Origin: Armatimonadota bacterium
GTDB lineage: Bacteria; Armatimonadota; UBA5829; DTLH01
Assembly: GCA_039680575.1 (NCBI GenBank)
Contig: JBDKSP010000117.1
Location: forward strand, 1-19,311
Direction of reading: 5' to 3'
Length of the DNA: 19,311 nt
The notes under the pieces were generated by a model. The model searched no databases. It saw nothing but the letters and a program-made list of their open reading frames with translations, and was not told the DNA's origin. A program made the translations under genes and the position numbers. Shown in pieces: positions 1 to 7,746 of the stretch. Each line of letters starts with the position of its first letter. Position 1 is the stretch's first letter.

Positions 1-2
1 AG

Positions 3-1895
3 AACGGGCACAAAGACATAAGCTTTATCCTGCAGGAAGGAAGAAGCGGACATGAAGTGATGATCGGAGCGAAAAGAGACCCGATCTTCGGCTTCCAGAT
101 TATCTTTACTCCTGAGGGCGGCAAATATGCCGAAATAGCCGCAAAAGTCGCTTCTCCATCTGTAAGAGTCGGAAAAATCGACCTGGAAGAAGCTCTTTCT
201 ATGATAAAGGAGCATCCTCTCTCCGCCAAGATTATGGGCGCGAGAGGCGAAGCTCCGGCTGACCTGAAGGCGCTCGCAGAACTGATCTCTAATCTGTCCC
301 AGATGATGGATGAGAACCCGGATGTCCAGGAACTCGACCTCAACCCGGTCTTCGTCGATCCCAACGGGATACATATGGTCGATGCTAGAGTCGAGACGAA
401 GCCTGCGGTCTCTATGCCTCATGAGTTTTTTACCAACAGGAGTCTGAAGGTCTTCAAAGCGCCGAAAAAAGCCCTTGTTGTCATCGCATCGGCCTCTCGC
501 AATTCGGTGGGACAACTGCTGTTCGATAATGTCTCCAAGATTGTCAAAAATGTCTGCGTTATGCTGCCGAGCGGCAAAGGAATCGATTACCTCAAGCAAA
601 AGGAAGTGGAGATAGTCGATGATGTTCCGGATGGCTGCGATCTTTTGATCTATGCCGGGCTTCCCACCAGCGCTCCTGAGATCGTTGGAAAGTTCAGCAA
701 GAAAGGTGGAGCCGGAGCGATCATCATATCGAGCGACTTTGCCGAGACGGGTAATAAGGAACTGGAACAGCAGCTTAAAGAGAGCGCCGGCGCTATGCCT
801 TACATCGGTCCGAACTGCGTGGGAGTCTACAGCAGCGGTCTGAACACGCTATTCTTCGATCCCAAGCGGACGGCGTATCCTGAAGTCCATGGGAAGATGG
901 CGCTCTTCTCACAGAGCGGCGGGCTTTGCCTGGAAACATTCAGTGAGTACATGAGTATCCGCAACATTCCTGTAAATGAGATATTCTCTCTCGGAAACGG
1001 CTCAGGAATCAGCTTTACGGAACTCTTCAATAGTGTAGCCGAAAACGACTCGGTCGATATAATCGTGCTTCATCTGGAAGGCGGCTTGAAAGAAGGAGAA
1101 GGTCCTTACTTCATAGAGGCGCTTAAGAAAGCCAGCAGTATCAAGCCTGTTATAATCCTGCCTGCAGGGCTCAGCAGCAAGGGCAGGCAGTGCGCTGCAT
1201 CACATACTGGGCGGATTACGAGCGGAGCCGATGCTCTGATGGCTGCTCTTAAGCAGGGCGGCGCATTTATCGTAAAGAATGAAGAAGAGCTCCGAATGGT
1301 GCTCTGGATGCTTCATGCCATGCCCAGAGCTACCGGCAAGCCGGTGATACTCAGCACCGGCGGCGGCAAAGGTGTCATGTCCGTAGATGCCGCGGAACGA
1401 GTCGGACTGGAGCTTTTGGAGAAGCTTCCCGCCGAGTTTACCGAGAAAGTGAAGGGTTCCATGCCTCCATTTGCGGATTGCTCACAGAACCCGTTCGATT
1501 TCACCGGTTCCGTAACGCTCGATGGGCTGCTTTCGATCCTTGAGCACTCGAAGATGATCGGAAGCCCCGGAGTTTTTCACGTATTTATGAGCGTGCCTCG
1601 CGCAACGACAAGCTATGCCGGAGGCAAGGCGATAAAGCTGAGTGAGGTAGACGCTATCGAGAGGATCGCGCGGACAATCAAAGACAAGAACCTGCCGTTG
1701 TCGCTCAATATCTGCGCTCAGTCGCAGGTCGGCCGCGATATGGAGCTTCATGCTGAGAAGCAGGGCGTCGTCGTAACCAGAGAAGCACCGTCGGACCTCA
1801 TCATGAGGTCGCTCAAGACGGTCACCGGGGTGTGGAGACGGTATTCCAAGATCGGCTCAGTTACCGAGACCGCCGATTCGTCGACTTCTGTGTAA
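3..1895 (+). CDS. ADP-forming acyl/acetate-CoA ligase, beta-alpha fusion; 5' end lies outside the window
   Basis: The frame is open from base 3 (NGHKDISFILQEGRSGHEVMIGAKRDPIFG). ATP-grasp motifs IG..RDPIFG and ELDLNPV come first, then the CoA-binding/ligase motifs GPNCVG, SQSGG, SLGNG, the phospho-His motif AASHTG, STGGGKG and NPFDFTG. Confidence 0.88.
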   Translation, partial: NGHKDISFILQEGRSGHEVMIGAKRDPIFGFQIIFTPEGGKYAEIAAKVASPSVRVGKIDLEEALSMIKEHPLSAKIMGARGEAPADLKALAELISNLSQMMDENPDVQELDLNPVFVDPNGIHMVDARVETKPAVSMPHEFFTNRSLKVFKAPKKALVVIASASRNSVGQLLFDNVSKIVKNVCVMLPSGKGIDYLKQKEVEIVDDVPDGCDLLIYAGLPTSAPEIVGKFSKKGGAGAIIISSDFAETGNKELEQQLKESAGAMPYIGPNCVGVYSSGLNTLFFDPKRTAYPEVHGKMALFSQSGGLCLETFSEYMSIRNIPVNEIFSLGNGSGISFTELFNSVAENDSVDIIVLHLEGGLKEGEGPYFIEALKKASSIKPVIILPAGLSSKGRQCAASHTGRITSGADALMAALKQGGAFIVKNEEELRMVLWMLHAMPRATGKPVILSTGGGKGVMSVDAAERVGLELLEKLPAEFTEKVKGSMPPFADCSQNPFDFTGSVTLDGLLSILEHSKMIGSPGVFHVFMSVPRATTSYAGGKAIKLSEVDAIERIARTIKDKNLPLSLNICAQSQVGRDMELHAEKQGVVVTREAPSDLIMRSLKTVTGVWRRYSKIGSVTETADSSTSV

Positions 1896-1911
1896 TTATT
1901 GTTCGTAAGGT

Positions 1912-1948
1912 CGAAGGCCGGAGACTCAAGTGCCTCGGCCTTCGCTTT
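1912..1948 (+). terminator. GC-rich hairpin after the ligase stop, possible intrinsic terminator
   Basis: CGAAGGCCG (1912-1920) pairs with CGGCCTTCG (1936-1944). Only a short CTTT tail follows. Confidence 0.45.
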
Positions 1949-2000
1949 GGCTGGACCGGCTCTCTTGAGTATGCCAGGAGAGGCGGACGGTATTTGTGTA

Positions 2001-2702
2001 ATGCTGGTAATGACTTACAATATCCGCGCAGGACTGGGGATAGATGATAATCGATCCCTTTTACGGGTGGCCGATGTAATCCGCGCGGCAGGCGCTTCGG
2101 TTGTCTGCCTTCAGGAAGTCGATAGAAAAATGCCTCGAAGCGGTCTCACTGACCAGGCTAAATGGCTTGGCGAGAGGCTCGGTATGGAGTCCGTCTTCCA
2201 ACCGAACCTGGCGGTCGGTCCAGCCGGCTTCGGTAACGCCGTCCTCTCACGTTACCCGGTATTAAGCGCCAAATCCCACAGTCTGACAAGCAACGATGAA
2301 CAGCGCGGGCTTATGGAAGTGATGGTCGCTGCTCCAGACATCAACCTCACGGTTTTCTGCACCCACTTTGGACTCGATGCCGGTGAACGGCTAGTACAGG
2401 CGGGTGAGTCCGCAGCTTTTGTACGAGAAGCGCATTCGCCCGCGATCTTCTGCGGCGACTTGAACGAAATCGAGACCGGTACCGCGGTACAGAGGCTTCT
2501 CACCGAGTCCGGGCTGCATGATCTCGCAAAAGACGCAGCCGAGCCGGAAAACACCTATCCAGTCGACAACCTCCAGGCCAGGATCGACTACATCCTTGGA
2601 ACTCCCGATATGAAGGGAACAGCCGCCACCGCCTTAGACAGTCCTGCATCCGACCACCGACCCGTGCTGGTGGAAATAGAGAGTATTTCCATGGCGCGGT
2701 AG
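2001..2702 (+). CDS. Endonuclease/exonuclease/phosphatase (EEP) family protein
   Basis: Motifs TYNI, LQEVD, GNAVLSR, THF, GDLN, RIDYIL and SDHRPV. ATG 2001 was chosen because the family domain starts at MTYNI; the start is uncertain (ATG 1971 is also in frame). Confidence 0.9.
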   Translation: MLVMTYNIRAGLGIDDNRSLLRVADVIRAAGASVVCLQEVDRKMPRSGLTDQAKWLGERLGMESVFQPNLAVGPAGFGNAVLSRYPVLSAKSHSLTSNDEQRGLMEVMVAAPDINLTVFCTHFGLDAGERLVQAGESAAFVREAHSPAIFCGDLNEIETGTAVQRLLTESGLHDLAKDAAEPENTYPVDNLQARIDYILGTPDMKGTAATALDSPASDHRPVLVEIESISMAR

Positions 2703-2721
2703 GAAACCGGGTTCGAAGTAG

Positions 2722-4260
2722 CTATTCACTGTTCGGTAGAAGCCGCCAGGACAGGCGCTCGTACTGACCGGTAGTCGGATAGTACGGCGGCGGGTTCGAT
2801 GCAAGCCGGGGATCGTAAGTGTAATTCTTGGAATATCCCGTCATTGTTTTTCCCGTATTGGCATCGAACGTCCCTACCGGTCCACGTGACTTCTGTATAA
2901 TTCCTCCCAGAACGGCCAAATTACCGGTTGTCTTCTTTGTATCGTAGTTTTCGACGTAAAAACTGCCGGAGGTGGTATTTGACCCGCCGGCGAGGCAGAC
3001 AGCGTCGATTTCCAGGTTTCCGGGCGCTTTCGATAATATTTTGATGTCTTTTGCAACCAGTCCCAGCGTACCCGCAGCCAGATTTACCGGATCATCATTA
3101 TCGAGGGTCTTGTCCGGCCTGGTGTGATAGACGAGATTGTCCGATATCCCTATGTATTTACCGGCATTCACGTCCGCAGCGATCGTAAAGGAAGAACGTA
3201 TTCTGACATCTTCATCGATTACCTTATTGTCCGCCACTTCTCCTTTCAGGGACGTGATATTCCCCGTACAGTAAATGACCCCGTTTCCCAAAGAGGCTGC
3301 GCTTGTCACGCTGCCTGATCCCATTGGACCGCTTGTAGTTATCGTCTCCGAAAACTTGTCCAGTGTGACAGTGGTCACATTTGTGCCCTGTGTTATGATG
3401 AACTTTTGATTGTTATTCGCGTCTACTGCAAGCTGTATCGCGGCATCACCCTGAATATAGACTCCGCCGGTAGAGTCTGCTCGCAGATAAACTCCATCCT
3501 TGGAAGGGAACCCCGCCTGGGAACCCCATGCCGCGTTTTTCTGTGTGTCCGAAGACTCAGGCAATAGTATGGGAGTTACTCCAAGCTTGAACCCCTTGCT
3601 GCCGTTCAAGAAGATGTTTTTAAACACAGACTCTTTCTTCGGCTTACTTGGCGTATAGTTGATGGCTGTACCTGCACTGGTTACCATGTCCAGAAATATC
3701 GGAGAAGACGAGCCGTTGTAATTGATGCTGAAATTGGACCCGTTGCGGTTGTTGCTGTGTACAGGACCGTCTATTACCTCGCCGGCTTTCCACCAGATAG
3801 CTCCACCGGAGATACTCGATGTCTCTTTATCCGTGAAGTACGCATATCGCCCGAAGGATGCCTGCCTTACGACAACCTCAATAGTCTTCGATACGTTACG
3901 CACGTTACCGACCGATACAATTCTGTATATTTTCAGATATGATGCCGCATTATCGATACCGGGATAGATGGTTATCTCGTATGTCCCATCGATTCCGGTT
4001 CCCATTATCTGCTTTCCGCCGAATGGATCGAACTCCGAGTTGTAATTCGGCGGGGATGGCAGGTTCTTCAGCCAGAGAGCCGCCATTTCGGCTCCTGATT
4101 CCGCGACATTGAATGCTTCGGCTGCCGCGCGCTGCCTGTTATTCAGATGCAGGGAATTGGCAGTCACCAGAAGAACACCAACAGTAGCTGAAGTTATCAT
4201 GAACATAGCCAACATGACTACGATCAGAGAACCGCCGCGTTTATCTCTGACTATATTCAT
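2722..4260 (-). CDS. PilX-like minor pilin with a large C-terminal domain (DUF4900-like by recollection)
   Basis: Basic leader KRG|GSLIVVML, a hydrophobic helix lacking Glu5, and the AFNVAESG motif typical of PilX N-terminal domains. The ATG overlaps the upstream stop (TAATG at 4258-4262). Confidence 0.75.
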   Translation of the reverse strand: MNIVRDKRGGSLIVVMLAMFMITSATVGVLLVTANSLHLNNRQRAAAEAFNVAESGAEMAALWLKNLPSPPNYNSEFDPFGGKQIMGTGIDGTYEITIYPGIDNAASYLKIYRIVSVGNVRNVSKTIEVVVRQASFGRYAYFTDKETSSISGGAIWWKAGEVIDGPVHSNNRNGSNFSINYNGSSSPIFLDMVTSAGTAINYTPSKPKKESVFKNIFLNGSKGFKLGVTPILLPESSDTQKNAAWGSQAGFPSKDGVYLRADSTGGVYIQGDAAIQLAVDANNNQKFIITQGTNVTTVTLDKFSETITTSGPMGSGSVTSAASLGNGVIYCTGNITSLKGEVADNKVIDEDVRIRSSFTIAADVNAGKYIGISDNLVYHTRPDKTLDNDDPVNLAAGTLGLVAKDIKILSKAPGNLEIDAVCLAGGSNTTSGSFYVENYDTKKTTGNLAVLGGIIQKSRGPVGTFDANTGKTMTGYSKNYTYDPRLASNPPPYYPTTGQYERLSWRLLPNSE

Positions 4261-4802
4261 TAGTAGTTCCTCAGGTAGACGACTCTTTGCGTCAGGCTGG
4301 TCGTCTTGGGGCCGCTTGCCGAATTATTTAAGGCCGTCACCGTGATTTTGACAGAACGGGATGTGTCCTGTTCGAACTCAAGCGAATTGACATCGCGTTT
4401 AAGCGGTGTCCGGTTGTTGTTGTTTTTACCGCGCCAGAGCCAGTTTCCGCTGTGTCCCGGAACACCGGTTTCGTCGGACAGGTAGTAATCGATTTGGTTG
4501 GCCATGTCCGCCTGATGCCGGTCGTAATAGTCCTCACCAAGCATCTTTTTGGGAAAGATCACTCTGAGTCTTTTTCCATCTGCGATAATATTGATGCTTT
4601 TCGCTTCACGCACATCATTGACTATCATCTGCATTGCCATTACGGCATCCATATCCGTGTATGTCTGTGTGGAAGTGCTGTCGAAGCAGGACATGGAACT
4701 CACCATCATGGCAAGAGTTCCCGCGCAAATAAGCCCCGTAAGGCTCACCGCGATAAGGGCCTCAATCAGCGTATATCCATTCCGATTAAGTGTCATATGC
4801 AT
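4260..4802 (-). CDS. Prepilin-type (PilW-like) minor pilin
   Basis: Class III signal peptide RNG|YTLIEALIA followed by a hydrophobic helix. Middle gene of a tightly spaced three-gene operon. Confidence 0.8.
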   Translation of the reverse strand: MHMTLNRNGYTLIEALIAVSLTGLICAGTLAMMVSSMSCFDSTSTQTYTDMDAVMAMQMIVNDVREAKSINIIADGKRLRVIFPKKMLGEDYYDRHQADMANQIDYYLSDETGVPGHSGNWLWRGKNNNNRTPLKRDVNSLEFEQDTSRSVKITVTALNNSASGPKTTSLTQRVVYLRNY

Positions 4803-4807
4803 CGGAT

Positions 4808-5269
4808 TTACTCCACATTGGTGATGATAGCAGACAGACTCACGGTGCTTGTCTTGGATTCATAGGTAGTATTCTTCCAGGTAATAGTAGCCGTTACGGT
4901 AACCTTGTCAGTACCGTTATACTGGACATTTACGGTCGCTGTCGGCTGCGGAAGGTAGCTTTCGACATCATCCACACCCACAAATGAGAACGGCAGAGTG
5001 GAAGGGCTATCATCCACTATCCCGGCGTCAGAAAGCTCGGTATATGTAATTCGCCCGTATCCCACTGCTCTCATCTGGTCGATTTTGTGCTGGCACAGGC
5101 TGATAGCCTGCGCATATTGCCCGTTTACCTGCGACGATTTTTTCGCAAGAGGAACAGAAGTCGCAAATATGACTATGAGTAGAGAAAAGACCCCCAGCGA
5201 GATCATTACCTCTATTAACGTATATCCTCTATTGTTTGACACTTGTCGGCAAGATGAACACATATTCAT
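4808..5269 (-). CDS. Prepilin-type (PilV-like) minor pilin
   Basis: Class III signal peptide NRG|YTLIEVMISL, an A..L...KID.MR helix and C-terminal beta strands (VTVTATITW). Confidence 0.8.
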   Translation of the reverse strand: MNMCSSCRQVSNNRGYTLIEVMISLGVFSLLIVIFATSVPLAKKSSQVNGQYAQAISLCQHKIDQMRAVGYGRITYTELSDAGIVDDSPSTLPFSFVGVDDVESYLPQPTATVNVQYNGTDKVTVTATITWKNTTYESKTSTVSLSAIITNVE

Positions 5270-5383
5270 GCTCGTTTATGTCGTTCCCCCCATTAAAGTA
5301 TTCCAGATGATGCCGATTATCCGAGACAGTATTTCTGCTTGATTACACCCAAGCTCACAATAACCGGCTCTTGATGATACGCG

Positions 5384-5414
5384 TATAGGTTTTCGCTATT
5401 CTCTTGACCGCCAA
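5384..5414 (+). repeat. Degenerate partial copy of the intergenic inverted-repeat element (type 1, left part)
   Basis: TATAGGTTTTCG-CTATTCTCTTGACCGCCAA matches 6629-6660 at 24/32 columns with one gap. Confidence 0.55.
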
Positions 5415-5448
5415 AAACAGCAATTTTCAAGTATTTTTGCTGTTCCTA

Positions 5449-5477
5449 TTGACAAGCAGGCAGGCATAAGATATTAT
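5449..5477 (+). promoter_or_regulatory. Sigma70-type promoter of lexA
   Basis: TTGACA (5449-5454), 17-bp spacer, TATTAT (5472-5477). Confidence 0.8.
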
Positions 5478-5499
5478 TGGTGTAATAATTTACACCAAT
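5476..5499. promoter_or_regulatory. Palindromic operator, candidate LexA (SOS) box
   Basis: Perfect 10-bp arms ATTGGTGTAA-taat-TTACACCAAT overlapping the -10 box and expected +1 of lexA. Confidence 0.65.
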
Positions 5500-5550
5500 T
5501 GGTTTTTGGCTGTAGTGCAGCCGGAAATCATCGGTCATTGGTTATCCGAT

Positions 5551-6195
5551 ATGGTTGATGGGCTTACAAAACGACAGAAAGAAGTGCTGGATATGATCGC
5601 CGGGCACATACGGCGGGAGGGACGTCCGCCGAGTATCCCTGAGATCGCTCTTTATTTCGGTATTAGCAGCCCGAACGGTGTCGCCAAGCATCTTGCGGCG
5701 CTTGAGTCCAAGGGAGCCATCATCCGCGGACATGGCGCGAGGGCGATCAGGCTCGCTGATTGGGTTGAGCAAGATAAAGCGCCTGACGATGTGACGTATG
5801 CCCCACTTGTAGGAAGTATCGCAGCCGGAGAGCCGATCCTGGCTGCTGAGGTTTCCGGCGATACGGTCCCGCTTCCCAAAGCAATGCTTGCCGGAGTCAG
5901 GTCGGCGTTTATGCTTGAGATCAAAGGCGAGAGTATGATCGAGGATGGAATACTCCCTGGGGACTACGTTGTAATTGCAGGTGATCTCGCTGTGCATAAC
6001 GGAGAGATTGCAGCTGTCAGAATAGACGATGAAGCTACGGTCAAACGGGTTTATAGAGAGGGCAAAAAAGTCCGGCTGCAGCCCGCAAACCAGGCATACG
6101 AACCCATAATCCTGGAAGACGATGGCCGCTCTGTCGAGGTAATCGGGAAAGTGATCGGTCTTCTCAGGTCTTATCACGCAGGAAGACTTGTATAA
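5551..6195 (+). CDS. lexA: LexA repressor
   Basis: Winged HTH (LTKRQKEVL...PPSIPEIA...SPNGVAKHLAALESKG), Ala-Gly cleavage site IAAGEP, catalytic Ser (GESM) and Lys (ATVKR). ATG 5551 is preferred over TTG 5506. Confidence 0.93.
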   Translation: MVDGLTKRQKEVLDMIAGHIRREGRPPSIPEIALYFGISSPNGVAKHLAALESKGAIIRGHGARAIRLADWVEQDKAPDDVTYAPLVGSIAAGEPILAAEVSGDTVPLPKAMLAGVRSAFMLEIKGESMIEDGILPGDYVVIAGDLAVHNGEIAAVRIDDEATVKRVYREGKKVRLQPANQAYEPIILEDDGRSVEVIGKVIGLLRSYHAGRLV

Positions 6196-6213
6196 AGAGT
6201 TCAAGGAGAAGCT

Positions 6214-6627
6214 ATGAAAGTGCGTAACGAGTGGAAAGCAATTTTGATATCAGCCATACTCGCGGGTATACTGTCATTACTGAGCGTGCAGGCTTGTATT
6301 GCAGGACTTACCGCCGCTCTGTTGATAGGTTACGGTCCAAGCCGGTTGAGAAGTCTGCCAAGGCTGGCAAGAGAGGATGCAGCCGCGCAGCTTATGTGGA
6401 TTCTAGCAGCGTCCGTTGCTGCTATCGGTGTATCATTTGCCGCAAAATCCGCCGACAGGATAGAGTTGGCAGCGCTGGCATCACTTGCATCATGGCTTCT
6501 TATAGGTGTAATGGCTCTTCTCGGCGCATTCCACCTTACCTGTTACTCAAAACGGTCAGTTACGAGCAAACCGCCTGCGGTAAAACCGGCTCGGGATTAC
6601 AGAAGGAGCCTGCCCCGCGCAAGTTGA
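6214..6627 (+). CDS. Hypothetical small membrane protein (about 3-4 hydrophobic segments, basic C-terminal tail)
   Basis: AAGGAG RBS just upstream, start 18 bp after the lexA stop, long Leu/Ala/Ile runs. Confidence 0.7.
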   Translation: MKVRNEWKAILISAILAGILSLLSVQACIAGLTAALLIGYGPSRLRSLPRLAREDAAAQLMWILAASVAAIGVSFAAKSADRIELAALASLASWLLIGVMALLGAFHLTCYSKRSVTSKPPAVKPARDYRRSLPRAS

Positions 6628-6681
6628 TTATGGATTTTCGGCTGCTTTCTTGACAACCAATCGCATATCGACCATTGCCGA
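6628..6681 (+). repeat. Intergenic inverted-repeat element, type 1, right arm truncated
   Basis: TTATGGATTTTCGGCTG matches 19135-19151 at 16/17. The 34-nt interior matches 19150-19183 at 22/34 ungapped. The right arm ends at GCCGA. Confidence 0.8.
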
Positions 6682-6779
6682 CGCGCAGTAGCATACTACC
6701 GCCAATTCTCTTCTCATTTCCCGGTTATTGTACGGAATTATACCTGTGTGAGGCGAGCAGGGAAAGGAGATCACCCTAT

Positions 6780-7037
6780 ATGGCGGCTATGGGGATACCT
6801 GAGGTCCAGGAAAACCGCTCGGTCAGACTTACAAAACGCGAATTGGAAGTGCTTTCGTTGGTGATCGAAGGGAGATCAAGCAAGGATGTTGCCGATGCGC
6901 TTTATGTAAGCAAGAGGACTGTCGATTTTCATTTGGCCAACATATACGACAAACTGCAAGTGTCGAACAGGGTGCAGGCATTTCGTCGCGCTACGAGACT
7001 GGGGCTTATTTCCCTAGAATCGACGCTTGTCAGGTGA
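6780..7037 (+). CDS. Stand-alone LuxR/GerE-type HTH regulator
   Basis: LTKRELEVLSLVIEG.SSKDVADALYVSKRTVDFHLANIYDKL.V.NR motif. AAGGAG RBS at 6764-6769 precedes ATG 6780. No receiver or sensor domain. Confidence 0.9.
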   Translation: MAAMGIPEVQENRSVRLTKRELEVLSLVIEGRSSKDVADALYVSKRTVDFHLANIYDKLQVSNRVQAFRRATRLGLISLESTLVR

Positions 7038-7064
7038 TGGCTCTGGCCTGCAATTACTCCATCC

Positions 7065-7114
7065 CACTGCGGCCGTGTTGGATAAAACGATCAGCGCGGC
7101 CGCAGTGCTTTTTT
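7065..7114 (+). terminator. Rho-independent terminator after the LuxR-type gene
   Basis: CACTGCGGCCGTGTTG pairs with CAGCGCGGCCGCAGTG (16 bp including 2 G-U), followed by CTTTTTT. Confidence 0.8.
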
Positions 7115-7253
7115 CCACGGACTACCACAGCGTCATTCCAAACTACTGCAACTCCATCCCAAAGCTGAATCAATTTCAGGGTGAAATACTCGCCGCTCAG
7201 AGTATACAAGGGGCTTTCACCCCATATTTCGCCGCGCCCTGCCGGGCGTACAT

Positions 7254-7293
7254 AACAAAAACAAGCCGCTCATGTTTCACAAGCGGCTTGTTT
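7254..7293 (-). terminator. Rho-independent terminator after porD
   Basis: AAACAAGCCGCT (7259-7270) pairs with AGCGGCTTGTTT (7282-7293). T-run TTTTTGTT follows on the minus strand. Confidence 0.75.
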
Positions 7294-7316
7294 AAGTAAA
7301 GCACTGACGCTCCGTA

Positions 7317-7637
7317 TTACCGATAATCGGCCTCCGGGCGCATCTCGATAGCCTGAACCCTGGATGGGCATTCGGCAGCGCATATTCCGCAGCCTTTGCA
7401 GTGATCGTAGTCGATGCCAACAACTTTGCCGTCTTCGACCTTTATGGAGCTATCCGGGCAGTACATCCAGCAAACTAGACAGCTGATGCACTTTTCGGAG
7501 TTCCAAATAGGGCGCTCGGTGCGCCAGTCGCCGGTCTTATAGCTCTTGGCGCTTCCGGGTTCGACCATCAGACCGCCCTTCGGTAGTTCGTGCCATGCGG
7601 GCTCCTGAGCTTGCTCCCGCTTTTTCTGTTCTGCCAT
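7317..7637 (-). CDS. porD: 2-oxoacid (pyruvate-type):ferredoxin oxidoreductase delta subunit, 2x[4Fe-4S]
   Basis: PGS...YKTGDWR..RP signature plus [13 protein letters not shown] and [29 protein letters not shown] upstream. Confidence 0.88.
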   Translation of the reverse strand: MAEQKKREQAQEPAWHELPKGGLMVEPGSAKSYKTGDWRTERPIWNSEKCISCLVCWMYCPDSSIKVEDGKVVGIDYDHCKGCGICAAECPSRVQAIEMRPEADYR

Positions 7638-7683
7638 TCTACCTTCTCCTCGATGATCCGGGCCTGTTCGGTCCCAACAAGTT

Positions 7684-7712
7684 ATTATATCACATAAGGC
7701 TGGTATTGCCCA
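7684..7712 (-). promoter_or_regulatory. Extended -10 promoter of porD
   Basis: Minus strand TGaTATAAT (7692-7684) with a weak -35 TGGGCA at 17-bp spacing. Confidence 0.6.
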
Positions 7713-7746
7713 TACCCTGATGCCAGAAACTATTCGGATTCCCCGT

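Noticed and set aside
5542..6204. 220-aa ORF antisense to lexA
   Set aside because: Fully overlaps a clear lexA and has no family motifs.
7173..7187. ATTTCA-ggg-TGAAAT as a collapsed type-2 repeat
   Set aside because: Only 6-bp arms and no matching flanks, so compatible with chance.
7027..7299. 90-aa ORF after the LuxR-type gene
   Set aside because: It crosses two terminators and has no RBS or motifs.
7722..7739. GCCAGAAACTATTCGGAT as a degenerate repeat arm
   Set aside because: The alignment needs gaps and mismatches, and there is no partner arm.
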